Shown piece by piece: positions 45,389 through 54,864 of a stretch of DNA of 64,000 nucleotides. The stretch spans positions 1 through 64,000 of IMG/VR virus record IMGVR_UViG_3300037246_001555; one strand, 5' to 3'. Position 1 is the stretch's first letter. The number at the start of each line of letters is the position of its first letter. Below the pieces are notes generated by a model. The model was not told the origin of the DNA. It saw nothing but the letters and a program-made list of their open reading frames with translations, and ran no database searches. The position numbers were made by a program, and so were the translations under genes. This DNA is from a virus.

Positions 45389-48300
45389 ATGCCCGAATTC
45401 GGTCTCGGAATTTACGACCCGGAGAGGGAAGCTCGTGCGCGTGAGACTGTTTACGGTGACAAGCCCCCCCGCCTCACTCCGGCTCCCCCCACCGGACCGC
45501 TCGCTAAGGCCTCCAAGAAGGACCGCGAGCACGCCGAGATGTCTACCCTCGCCCGAGGAATGATCTCCAAGCACGACGCCGCGACCCGAGAGCGCGAACT
45601 CATTCGTGATTCTAGCTATATGGCTACTGTCGGTCTGGGCACCGTCAACCCGAATGCGAATTACGAGTTCGAGCAGTCCCGCGATTCCGAGGCCGAATAC
45701 CGCCGACAAGACTTCCGTCAGAACGACCCGCATGCCGCTTTCCTCCAGCCCGACAACTCGCTCATAGATCCTAATGAGGAGCCGGGAGATTCTGGGAACG
45801 CCTTCCGTAGTACCTTGAATTTCATCTTCAGTGATGAGATGGGCATGCTAGGTATGAAGTGGGACGATGAGGCCTTCTCGTGGAACAAGGATAACTTCAT
45901 CAATCAGATCACTGAGCACCCCTACTCGACAGCATTCACTCTAGCTAGCTATATCGTACCCGTCGGCCTCGCATGGCAGAAGGGGTCACGAATTGCTCAG
46001 CGCGGGGCTAAACTTGCCGCGGCTACTGGTGCTGATGCCGCTGCTGTCACGGGTAGTGGGATTCTTGGCTCTAAGGTGGGCTGGCGCTTCGATGATCATG
46101 CCAAGCTTGTTCAGACACTTGCGAAGCCCGAAGCAAATGACGGCCGCCGATTCTTCAGTGATAGCACTGCTGACGCGCTAAAGAAGGCTACCTCGCCTGA
46201 CGAGATCAAGGACATCGTATCTCCTACTGAGCTGAACAAGATGCTGATCAACGACTGGCATCAGGAACGGTACTTCGAACTGCGTCAACTTGCTAAGCAG
46301 GGCAAGCTGGAGACCATCCAGCAGAAGGCTGCTTGGACGATGTGGCGTCGCTTCGGTAACAAGTACTTTGAGAAGCTTCAGGACATCGACAAGGTCATGA
46401 TTCAGAGCATGGACGACTTCTTTGTGAAATCTCAGATCGGGAGATTCCTTGCTCAGGCGCCGGGCCGACTCGGAGAAGAGAGCAACCAGGCTATCTTTAA
46501 GTATTGGCAAGCCGGTACGGGCAATCGCAATACGGCTGAATTGGCAAAGAAGGTCGGTGCTGAGAATGCTGACTGGGCTGAGCGGATCGTAGGTAAGTGG
46601 GAGAATCTATTCGTTGAGCAATATGATGAGGGGTTCATCGACTACGCTACTGTGTCTATGTTCACAGATCCGGATAAGGTACCTGCGGGTTTCCATCTTC
46701 CTGCCATCCTAAAGGGTACGCCGGGGTTTGAGGAGCTAGGAGGTAAGTTTCTGACCGTGGAGGCTGGCTCTCAGTACGGCTCGCTCGTTGAGCGGAGAGG
46801 TCTGGACATAGGGAAGGCTCTGACCGGCCCCACCACTAAGCATCGCGGTAAGTTCACCACAAGCCAAGCAGTACTCGATAACTTGGATGAGTTGGAGACG
46901 AATCCTGCTAAGCTTACTATCGGGGGCTTCATTAAGGACAACATACTCTTTCAGATACACAGGAACTTCCGCGATATCATCGTGGATGCCACCGAAGGTA
47001 GTACTAGGTGGAGCCAAATGATAGCGTCGCGTGAGGCGTATGAGTCTATGCCTAAGTACGCTAAGCAGAATTGGATTAGTTTCGAAGATCTTGACAGCGT
47101 GGTACCCGGACTCTCTGAACGCATGGAGCGTATGGTTCAATCCAAAGTCACTAAGGAGGGCCTCGACTCGGCCAAATATACTTCTATGCCTGTCATTGAT
47201 CGGGAGGTTGTGAAGAAGTTTTTCGGGCGCGAGGGCTCCGCCAGACAGGTTGGAGGCACTTTCGGGAAGTTCTTTGAGCTGTTGACTGCTGTCCATAAGA
47301 CGTCACGCACGGCGCTTAATGCTCCCACACATATGTCTAACATCACCGGTAATATGATGTTCCTGGCAATGGCGGGGATGAATCCATTCGGCAAGCAGGC
47401 GCTGAATGACGGTCGTATGTTTGCTAAGGCCTTCCATAGTCTTGCTAAGTCCGCAGGCAGTCGAGGCGAAGATACTATCGACTCTTTGATGACCAAGGAT
47501 AACCTTGCGAAGCTCTTTGGTGATGACCGATATGCGACTGACAAGCTGGGTAACAAGGTCGATTTTGCTGAGCTGTTCTCTGACTCTATCATGAAGGATT
47601 TGACCGAAGCTCAAGCATTTGATGAGGTGGAAGGTCTGAAGAATGTTGATCGACTCCTCGCCCAGCTCGAAAGGCTGGAGACTGACGGTTGGGGCGACAA
47701 AGCTTTGGAAGCCACAGCTCGCGCCATTGCAGGCGTGGGTGAGGTTCCCGGAATCAAACAGACTTTGCATGCGGCGTCCTCGGCGTATTTGGCTGAGGAC
47801 ATGATTCCGAAGATGATGTATGCTGCGAATCTTGCTAGGAAGGGCTGGGGCAAGGACGCGATTATACGTGAAGTGGGCCGCCGCCTTCCTCAATACCGCA
47901 CTGTAGGCTCCATGCAGCAGGCTGCACGCCGTGTTGTACTGCCTTGGATTACGTTCCCGGCTGAGGCCACTCGAATCATGAAGAACAACATGATGGACCG
48001 GCCCGTTCAGATGATGGCGTGGATGCAGGCCCCACAGATCGCGCAGAGTATAGTTAGCGGGTCAGGCCAGGGCCCGGACTTCAGTGAGTACGAGGATGCG
48101 ATTAACGCTGCCCCTCCCTGGGCTGTACGGTACCAAACAGTCATGGTGGACGGTAACGACGCCCCGGAGCTGTTGGGGGCTGTAGGAGGTGCTGGAGTCG
48201 CCGGTACGGTGGGTGCTGCGGTTGGCGGAGCCAGGGGTGCGGCTATTGGAGCTGTCGCTGGCGGTGTCGCAGGCGCAGCCCTCGGGGCGACGTTCGGCCA

Positions 48301-49396
48301 GGAACAGGCGGAGATTAAGGACTTCAACCGGGCTTGGGTAATGGATTTCCTACCCCAATCGGCCCTGTTCCCTTCTAGCCTTCACCCCTCTCAGTGGGAG
48401 AAGGTGATCCCTTCTGGTATGGGCGGAGCCCCAGTACTCGGTCGTGAGTCGGCTATGACTGCTAAGGACTTGTTTCCTGTGGAGCCCTTTGCCGTGTTCA
48501 CTCCGCTATTGGAGCTGTACGCGGGCCGCGGGTCTTTTGGGCGTGAAATCAATGACGCTAAGAGCGGGATAGACTACGCTGGTAAGATGGCGTTGGGCTT
48601 GCTGGGTCACCTTTCGCCGCCGATCATGCAGAAGTACGGTATGAAGTTGGACGACTCTAACGGGAACCCTATAGAGATGGCGGAGATATTTGAAAGCAAC
48701 GGCGGGCAGTCCACGCTGCCTAGGGCTATTACTGCTACCTTTGGCGGTCTTGCTCTGGGGGGCCTGTCCTTCTTGGGGGCTAAGAGCGGTCTAGGCGTAG
48801 CGGCGAAAACGGCCGCGGGATCGGCAGCCCTTGCTGGCGCTATTGGTGCCGGAGCAGGCCACTCTATCAACATGAGTCGTCTCATGGAGGATCTAGGGCT
48901 CAACCCAAATCCCAGAACCGGCCAGATGGGGGATATGACTCTTGACTTTGTGGCTAACAGCTTCTTTGGGCTGAACAAGTCATGGAGGTCAGACCCCCTT
49001 CAAGCCGAGTACCAGCAAACGCTGAGGAACAAGCAGACGGCTGAGCTGCGGGCGTCTTCCGTGAAGCAGTTCCGAGATGCGATCACCAACGGACGAGCTA
49101 GCTCAGCAGCCGCCATCTTGGCTGAGATCAAGAAGACTTATATCTACCAGTATGGCGATACTAAGATAGCTGATGTTGAGTTCATTGAATGGTCTCAGAG
49201 GATGATGAGGGACATCGGCAGCCTGCCCATCTATGGTGGGGTCTCTGAGAAGGAGCTGGTTATGCGAATCAACGCCCTCAGAGCGGCCAACGCAGAGAAG
49301 TACAAGATGCAGCGCGCTCGATTGGCAGAGAACCGCGCGGAGTTTCTACGACGTCAGCTCAAGAAGGCAAACGGACTGAAAGTGATGGTGGAGTAA
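45389..49396 (+). CDS. Large internal virion / DNA ejection protein
   Basis: 1335 aa, last large gene of the structural module, glycine-zipper segments. Confidence 0.6.
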   Translation: MPEFGLGIYDPEREARARETVYGDKPPRLTPAPPTGPLAKASKKDREHAEMSTLARGMISKHDAATRERELIRDSSYMATVGLGTVNPNANYEFEQSRDSEAEYRRQDFRQNDPHAAFLQPDNSLIDPNEEPGDSGNAFRSTLNFIFSDEMGMLGMKWDDEAFSWNKDNFINQITEHPYSTAFTLASYIVPVGLAWQKGSRIAQRGAKLAAATGADAAAVTGSGILGSKVGWRFDDHAKLVQTLAKPEANDGRRFFSDSTADALKKATSPDEIKDIVSPTELNKMLINDWHQERYFELRQLAKQGKLETIQQKAAWTMWRRFGNKYFEKLQDIDKVMIQSMDDFFVKSQIGRFLAQAPGRLGEESNQAIFKYWQAGTGNRNTAELAKKVGAENADWAERIVGKWENLFVEQYDEGFIDYATVSMFTDPDKVPAGFHLPAILKGTPGFEELGGKFLTVEAGSQYGSLVERRGLDIGKALTGPTTKHRGKFTTSQAVLDNLDELETNPAKLTIGGFIKDNILFQIHRNFRDIIVDATEGSTRWSQMIASREAYESMPKYAKQNWISFEDLDSVVPGLSERMERMVQSKVTKEGLDSAKYTSMPVIDREVVKKFFGREGSARQVGGTFGKFFELLTAVHKTSRTALNAPTHMSNITGNMMFLAMAGMNPFGKQALNDGRMFAKAFHSLAKSAGSRGEDTIDSLMTKDNLAKLFGDDRYATDKLGNKVDFAELFSDSIMKDLTEAQAFDEVEGLKNVDRLLAQLERLETDGWGDKALEATARAIAGVGEVPGIKQTLHAASSAYLAEDMIPKMMYAANLARKGWGKDAIIREVGRRLPQYRTVGSMQQAARRVVLPWITFPAEATRIMKNNMMDRPVQMMAWMQAPQIAQSIVSGSGQGPDFSEYEDAINAAPPWAVRYQTVMVDGNDAPELLGAVGGAGVAGTVGAAVGGARGAAIGAVAGGVAGAALGATFGQEQAEIKDFNRAWVMDFLPQSALFPSSLHPSQWEKVIPSGMGGAPVLGRESAMTAKDLFPVEPFAVFTPLLELYAGRGSFGREINDAKSGIDYAGKMALGLLGHLSPPIMQKYGMKLDDSNGNPIEMAEIFESNGGQSTLPRAITATFGGLALGGLSFLGAKSGLGVAAKTAAGSAALAGAIGAGAGHSINMSRLMEDLGLNPNPRTGQMGDMTLDFVANSFFGLNKSWRSDPLQAEYQQTLRNKQTAELRASSVKQFRDAITNGRASSAAAILAEIKKTYIYQYGDTKIADVEFIEWSQRMMRDIGSLPIYGGVSEKELVMRINALRAANAEKYKMQRARLAENRAEFLRRQLKKANGLKVMVE

Positions 49397-49656
49397 TGCG
49401 TCGGGGTTGGCTGATAGCCGCCCTATTGCTGCTCTTGGTGACGATAGGTGCAGAACATGCACATCATAGAAGTGGACATCAGTACGACAGGTGGCGTGAA
49501 TATCGGGGTATAATCGACTGCGTTGACCTCGACTGGGTTATCTTTGTCTTCGAGGAGCGTGTGAACGGCGACGAGTACGACAGTCTAACTATACAAATAC
49601 ACCAGAAGCTCGATAAACTTCGGGAGCTTAGGCGCGGTCTTTGTCGGGACGTCTAA
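49396..49656 (+). CDS. Small protein with N-terminal signal/TM helix
   Basis: MRRGWLIAALLLLLVTIGA. Confidence 0.45.
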   Translation: MRRGWLIAALLLLLVTIGAEHAHHRSGHQYDRWREYRGIIDCVDLDWVIFVFEERVNGDEYDSLTIQIHQKLDKLRELRRGLCRDV

Positions 49657-50390
49657 CCCCAGAGCGCCTCTAGTGCCGGGCACACAGGGAAGTCTTCAAT
49701 CCGCTCGCGCAATGCGGGCAACTCCTTCAACAAATCCAGATCAATCAGTTCGCCGGGGTGGTAGGAGCGCTTAGCCTTCCTGCTGATGCGCCGAGTTGCG
49801 TCCTCCTCCTTGGGGGAGCGTAGGGCGTTGTGCATGTGCCAGCAGGTGATATCAGGGAACCATAGCTCCGACTTCTCGTTCTGTTTGTAACCGGACCGCT
49901 CGCCCGGATGAGTGCCCGACCAGAAGGCATCTCGGGTATACAGGCGGTGGTGGCTGCGACGCCGGTCGTATTGCTTCGTTAGAGCCTCGTTCACCTCCAC
50001 CCGCTTGAATACTCCAAACTTGTACGTCTCCTCCACCATCATGTAGTGATGTTGAAGATCATCGGCGGCACCACTTATCTTGCCTAGATCCTCGGGAGTA
50101 TAAAGCTCATCACCGTCGAGAATGAAGTAGATGTCCCTGCGGCCTTCGGCGATCATGCTGTTCCGGAACGCCCCCTGGACCTCCGGCTCCACGTGAGGCA
50201 TCTTCCGAACGAACAAGTCGGCCTTCCCGTCCATGCGAGCTGTAAACCAGTCGATGATGTCGCGAGTGTTATCTGTGCTTCCAACGTCGTAGATAACGTA
50301 GGAGTCGAAGAAGCCCTCAGTCTGCTTTAGAACATAGGGCAGAAAATACTCCTCGTTTTTCACGAGTACCATTACGCTAGGGTTGCTCAT
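49653..50390 (-). CDS. Glycosyltransferase family 2-like
   Basis: VKNEEYFL, YDVGSTDNT, FILDGDE. Confidence 0.8.
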   Translation of the reverse strand: MSNPSVMVLVKNEEYFLPYVLKQTEGFFDSYVIYDVGSTDNTRDIIDWFTARMDGKADLFVRKMPHVEPEVQGAFRNSMIAEGRRDIYFILDGDELYTPEDLGKISGAADDLQHHYMMVEETYKFGVFKRVEVNEALTKQYDRRRSHHRLYTRDAFWSGTHPGERSGYKQNEKSELWFPDITCWHMHNALRSPKEEDATRRISRKAKRSYHPGELIDLDLLKELPALRERIEDFPVCPALEALWG

Positions 50391-50728
50391 AGATGTCTCA
50401 CGTCAACGGGGATGCCGTCATCTGCGAAGTCACAGACGATATCTATATCGTTTTTAACGGAGGGTGAATTAGACCATAGGATGAGTGCGCGGTCGATCTT
50501 AGACCCTTCGACATGAAACTTGACACTAAGATCGACAACCTCCCAACCCAGCTCCCGGGCGATAGTGACCGCTGCGGCTTCAACTCCTTGGTGTCCGCTG
50601 TGGAGTAGGGTGTGAGAGGGAGGATTCGCTGCGGTTCCTATCATTCTATACCCTCGGATCAGGTGTTGCAGTTTATCGAACTCTTTCCCGGTCACCCAGT
50701 CGGGCGGGCCTGTTACGTAAAGTCTCAT
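50387..50728 (-). CDS. Possible SLOG/YspA-like nucleotide-binding protein
   Basis: LYVTGP.DW, LLHSGHQGVEAAA...A.ELG. Confidence 0.4.
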   Translation of the reverse strand: MRLYVTGPPDWVTGKEFDKLQHLIRGYRMIGTAANPPSHTLLHSGHQGVEAAAVTIARELGWEVVDLSVKFHVEGSKIDRALILWSNSPSVKNDIDIVCDFADDGIPVDVRHL

Positions 50729-51621
50729 GATTGTACGACCTCCAAGATTTGATCAACTCGATTTTCCACTAGGTGGTGTTGCTTTACCTCAAGGTAAGCG
50801 CTCGCCGCAATCACGTTAGCTGCGTTGGGATTATCCATTACCCACCGCATTGCCACTTCAAGTCCCGCGTGGGAATACGCATGATAAGGGATGAAATGCA
50901 CTCCCGGCCGGAATAGCTTTTCCGTGCCGGAGCGGGCATCTATGTCATTTATCAGCGGCTTCATCATGAGCATTGACTCCACTACCCTGAGATTGGGGCC
51001 ATCGTGCTTCTGACAGTGATTAAAGAGGTGCCGGCACTGAGCCATAGCTTCTGCTGTCTGCGGCCAACGATGTTTGATCCCGGGACCCACTTGTCGTGCT
51101 TCGACCGTCCAACCGTTGTTTTTGGCTATCTCAACCATTGGATTTGCCCTTGAGAGCCCGCCTTTTGAGCCGAAAAAACCGAAGTCGAACGCCTCTTTTT
51201 CGCATGTTTCCGCGTATTGCTTCCCATCGAACCATTTCAGGTCCGTGAAGTTGGGACACCAATGAGCACTGGAATGTCCCGCGAACAAGTCCCTCTTGTC
51301 CCAGACCGCGTAGAATACATGGTCGTAGTTCTTGCCTACTCGATGGTGTACCGTAGGCCAGCCATGCGAGTCGATGAACATCACGGCGCTGGGAACAGGC
51401 AGCTTCCCCTCCTGAGCTTGCCACAGCAGCTCCCCCTTCTCGTTACGGCCACAGTCGATGTCGAGCACTAAGTCAACTCCGTCGTAGTTGGCTTCAATAC
51501 TCTTGGGGGCGTCCACCACCTCATGGCCCTTCTCGCGGAGGACTCGCACAATAGACCCCGAGTAGGTGTCCACCCGTTTGTTTGATCTAGTTATCCAGTT
51601 CCGCGTGACCATGATGTTCAT
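50725..51621 (-). CDS. Glycosyltransferase, GT-B (CgeB-like)
   Basis: FDFGFFGS, FN....DGPNLRVVESM, F.PGVHF, IA...Y..V...H....RV. Confidence 0.75.
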   Translation of the reverse strand: MNIMVTRNWITRSNKRVDTYSGSIVRVLREKGHEVVDAPKSIEANYDGVDLVLDIDCGRNEKGELLWQAQEGKLPVPSAVMFIDSHGWPTVHHRVGKNYDHVFYAVWDKRDLFAGHSSAHWCPNFTDLKWFDGKQYAETCEKEAFDFGFFGSKGGLSRANPMVEIAKNNGWTVEARQVGPGIKHRWPQTAEAMAQCRHLFNHCQKHDGPNLRVVESMLMMKPLINDIDARSGTEKLFRPGVHFIPYHAYSHAGLEVAMRWVMDNPNAANVIAASAYLEVKQHHLVENRVDQILEVVQS

Positions 51622-51989
51622 TGCTGGCTCTTCGCCTTCTTTCTGAGTGCTGCGACGGCGGCTCTTTCCCTACCTAGTTGGTTCCAGTTGATATAGCCGC
51701 TTTCAGTCATCATCGCTCCAATCGACCGCCTCTTCAAACGGAGAATTTTGTCGTATTCACGTATGATTTTGCTTCCTACTAGATCAACCCTGGCGATTTC
51801 TTTCTTTAGTTTGGCTTGTGTGTTTTCTAGGTCCTTCTCCATTACTGAAAGCCGGTTACGCTCCTTGCGCTCTAGTTTTAGCTGTGCGCGTAGGTTAGCG
51901 AGTTCCTCCTTGAAGTCCTTGCGAACCGCCTTTTTGGCCTCCTTGAAGACGCTTGCCATGATCATATCAGAACCTGTTGTCGTTGCCAT
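51618..51989 (-). CDS. Basic coiled-coil protein
   Basis: Operon overlap with neighbours. Confidence 0.5.
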   Translation of the reverse strand: MATTTGSDMIMASVFKEAKKAVRKDFKEELANLRAQLKLERKERNRLSVMEKDLENTQAKLKKEIARVDLVGSKIIREYDKILRLKRRSIGAMMTESGYINWNQLGRERAAVAALRKKAKSQQ

Positions 51990-52684
51990 TACTTGCTCCC
52001 TTCTCTAAATCCTTGTTCGAACGCTTGTGCTCTTTTGAGGGCGTACTCTGGCGTCCTCGTAGCGTGTTTGAGCTTTGCTAGTGCTCCCTTATATCCCTTC
52101 CTGTACCTACGTCGTACCTTTCTAGCCCGACGAAGTGCCATGCCCCGCTTCAGGCTGGAAAGGCGGTCAATGAAGCAGAACCCCATCAGGTGATCCATTT
52201 CGTGCTGAATCACAATCGCCTCATAGCCTTCGAACCACTCGTGGTGTGCTTCACCTTCGAAATCCAACCACTCCAGCTCCAGCTTATCCAGCCGCCGTAC
52301 GGGGTTCCGGTAACCGTAGGGGAAGGACAGGCAACCCTCGCCCGGCCACTGGAGCTGTTGGGCTCCCTGACCAATGTCAGTGATCCTCGGATTGAGAAAC
52401 ACGCGGGGCGTCTTTGAGGCGTCCTCTTCCGTCCACTTGGTATCCATGACAAAGATCTGGAAGGGGATGCCTGTTTGTTGTGCTGCAAGGCCGACACCGT
52501 GGTGCTTGTACATTGCCTGGATCATGGCTTCGGCCGTATCACGAACCAGCTCGGTGCCCAGGCCCTCCTCAGGGAATGGCGCAACCGGCATCTTCAGGGT
52601 CTCGTCAGGCCAGATAACCAGCCTCAGCTCAGGCTTCTCTTCTTCCGCCTCAGGTGCGGGAGTGTTAGGGTCAGGTTCAGTCAT
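51989..52684 (-). CDS. def: Peptide deformylase
   Basis: All three PDF motifs: GVGLAAQQ, EGCLS, QHEMDHL. Confidence 0.95.
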   Translation of the reverse strand: MTEPDPNTPAPEAEEEKPELRLVIWPDETLKMPVAPFPEEGLGTELVRDTAEAMIQAMYKHHGVGLAAQQTGIPFQIFVMDTKWTEEDASKTPRVFLNPRITDIGQGAQQLQWPGEGCLSFPYGYRNPVRRLDKLELEWLDFEGEAHHEWFEGYEAIVIQHEMDHLMGFCFIDRLSSLKRGMALRRARKVRRRYRKGYKGALAKLKHATRTPEYALKRAQAFEQGFREGSK

Positions 52685-53256
52685 TTACTTTTCTCCGGCA
52701 AGTCATTGATGCTGGCGAACTCTCCGAAGTACTCCACCGCTGCTTTGTCATAGGCGGCAGCCGCATCCTCTTCTACGTAGTACGTCCCCAAGTTGATATG
52801 CCTGTGCTCCTGCGTGATCGTGGCCCGCCAGCACTTCTTGCGTCCATCCGTGATCTTAGACACTCCCTTGTAACTAGAGGATGGTTTTCCCCCGGCTTGT
52901 GTGCGCCGCTTCCTCTTGTTGGCCTCGTTATCGCTACGGGTAGCGAGGCGTAGATTTGCGCGACGGTTGTCCAGCTTATCCCCGTTTATGTGGTCGATTA
53001 GGAATCCACGCGGCAGCGGTGCCCCGAGCATACGCTCCCACACCTCGTTGTGCAGGTAGTACTCCCCGCTTGCCCTACCGGCCTTCCACCTACGGATTGC
53101 GTAGTAGTGAGGGAACTCCTTGGAGCCGGCCGTCTTTAGACGCCAATCCCCACTCAGAAGCTCCTCGTCCTCCTCATCAATCCAGCTAATCAGGCCCGAA
53201 TCGCCCAGAGGTACTTCGATGATGCCGTCGTCCTCTTCTTCGTACTCTTCTGTCAT
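52681..53256 (-). CDS. HNH-AP2 homing endonuclease
   Basis: IDHINGDKLDNRRANLR followed by SSYKGV...W.A.I...LG.Y..EEDAA.AYD (AP2). Confidence 0.85.
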   Translation of the reverse strand: MTEEYEEEDDGIIEVPLGDSGLISWIDEEDEELLSGDWRLKTAGSKEFPHYYAIRRWKAGRASGEYYLHNEVWERMLGAPLPRGFLIDHINGDKLDNRRANLRLATRSDNEANKRKRRTQAGGKPSSSYKGVSKITDGRKKCWRATITQEHRHINLGTYYVEEDAAAAYDKAAVEYFGEFASINDLPEKSK

Positions 53257-53471
53257 TGTCCGAAGATCGCCTTAGCCATCAACATCACTACGTAGATGAA
53301 TCCGAGAGTTGCGCCTATTGAAAGTGCGGAAATTCCAACCCAGACAGCGATCATCAGGCCCGCCGCGTGCTTTACGGTTTTCTCTGATGCCTTCAACAGA
53401 GACTCTAGTGCTTCATCGTCTTCAAAGAAGTCCTTACCAAAGTCGTCAAAGTTCGTTTGAGATTCTCTCAT
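53253..53471 (-). CDS. Small membrane protein
   Basis: C-terminal hydrophobic helix, GGAG RBS. Confidence 0.5.
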   Translation of the reverse strand: MRESQTNFDDFGKDFFEDDEALESLLKASEKTVKHAAGLMIAVWVGISALSIGATLGFIYVVMLMAKAIFGQ

Positions 53472-53481
53472 GTTGTTCTCC

Positions 53482-54246
53482 CTATTCTAGTACCAGATCG
53501 CAGTACGTGTACTCTTTGCGCTGAAGCTCTTTCAGCACTTGCCGGTTACGGCGGAGTTGATCCGATACGTCTATCTCCCATCGCCCCCCCTCGGTGTCCC
53601 CGAGCTGAACGATCTTGTCTCGGGCTTCCTTGATGTCCACCCACCGGGCTGGGTGGTTTATCAAGCCTGATCTGGCGACGCGGTTGCTCCACTCTCCGTG
53701 GGCGTAGCCCGCTCCCCGGAATAGAGGGTTGAAGGCTCCCACGGTCTGCACGACAGTCGAGGTTAGGAAGGTTAAATCCCCCCTGGGACTTGGCCCATAA
53801 ATTGGTGTGAGGGACGCTTCTGCCATGTAGGCCGAAAACGCCGGCACCTCCTCAGGTATCTCCTTGTCCTGCACGCGGCAAAAGTGATGGATACCGGATA
53901 GTATGGCCGCTGCTTCGTATGCCTCAAACCAGCCCCGCTCTGTAGGCTTCAAATCGTCCTCTAGGATGCACAAGAGATGACAGTCCTGTAGTGCCCACAG
54001 AGCGCGGTTCTTGTTGGCTGCCACGCCTTTGTTCGGGCCTTGGAGTAGGAGCACGTCTTGGCGCCTGGCTATCTGACTAACTGTTTCACCATGACCGTCA
54101 TATGCTTGGGAAGCCGCTTCATCTGACCCATCATCGCAAATCACGACGCGAGTACCGGCTGGGGCCGTGCGCTTGACCGCCTTAACGATCTCCTCAAGAC
54201 GGTCCAGTCGGTTGTAGTGACAGACGGCAACTCCGCGCTTGATCAT
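53482..54246 (-). CDS. Glycosyltransferase family 2
   Basis: VCHYNR, VICDDGS, NKGVAANKN, ILEDD, GYAHGEWS. Confidence 0.8.
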   Translation of the reverse strand: MIKRGVAVCHYNRLDRLEEIVKAVKRTAPAGTRVVICDDGSDEAASQAYDGHGETVSQIARRQDVLLLQGPNKGVAANKNRALWALQDCHLLCILEDDLKPTERGWFEAYEAAAILSGIHHFCRVQDKEIPEEVPAFSAYMAEASLTPIYGPSPRGDLTFLTSTVVQTVGAFNPLFRGAGYAHGEWSNRVARSGLINHPARWVDIKEARDKIVQLGDTEGGRWEIDVSDQLRRNRQVLKELQRKEYTYCDLVLE

Positions 54247-54461
54247 TCTGAGTCCTCGAACTGAAACCATCCTGGGCTAATGAGCATCTTCGTGGCCTCT
54301 CGGAGAGTTTCTACCGCGGGTCCGGTTTCCTCGTACACAAATGCCTTCTCCACGGCCATCCTCAGAGCGGTAGGCAGGGTGGTGTGCCTTAGCATCGCCT
54401 CCACTACTCCGTCGTCTTGTGTGATGTGTCTGATGGCGTCAATAAGTTCGGTCTTGGTCAC
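54243..54461 (-). CDS. Hypothetical protein
   Basis: Operon context. Confidence 0.45.
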   Translation of the reverse strand: MTKTELIDAIRHITQDDGVVEAMLRHTTLPTALRMAVEKAFVYEETGPAVETLREATKMLISPGWFQFEDSE

Positions 54462-54462
54462 G

Positions 54463-54861
54463 TTAGATTTCTCCCACTATGTTGTCTTCGATTATGTCAT
54501 CGAGGGCGTCACTATTTAAGACGGAGGTGTAGCTGTACTTTTTGCCGGTTCTATGATCCGTGACTCGTTGCTTGGGCTCGTTATACGATCTTACTCTATC
54601 GGAGACTGAACGACCCTTAGGCTGAACGCCCCGTGCAAGATCTTTCATGATCGGCACCAACTTCGCAGCCAACCGCCGAAATGCCTCTTTGCGGTTTTGA
54701 GGCTGTTTCTTGTGGTCTTCACACTGCGACGTGATGCCAGTAGGCAAGTGAGTCATCCGGCAGGCTGAATCTGTCTTGTTTCGGTGCTGTCCTCCCGCGC
54801 CGCTTCCTCGGTAGTAGTCGATTCTCAAATCGCTTTTACGGACCGTCTGGGGCCAAGCCAT
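54463..54861 (-). CDS. Truncated class I peptide chain release factor (GGQ domain only)
   Basis: YYRGSGAGGQHRNKTDSACRMTHLPTGI and RVRSYN.P..RVTDHR. Only 132 aa. Confidence 0.85.
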   Translation of the reverse strand: MAWPQTVRKSDLRIDYYRGSGAGGQHRNKTDSACRMTHLPTGITSQCEDHKKQPQNRKEAFRRLAAKLVPIMKDLARGVQPKGRSVSDRVRSYNEPKQRVTDHRTGKKYSYTSVLNSDALDDIIEDNIVGEI

Positions 54862-54864
54862 GAC

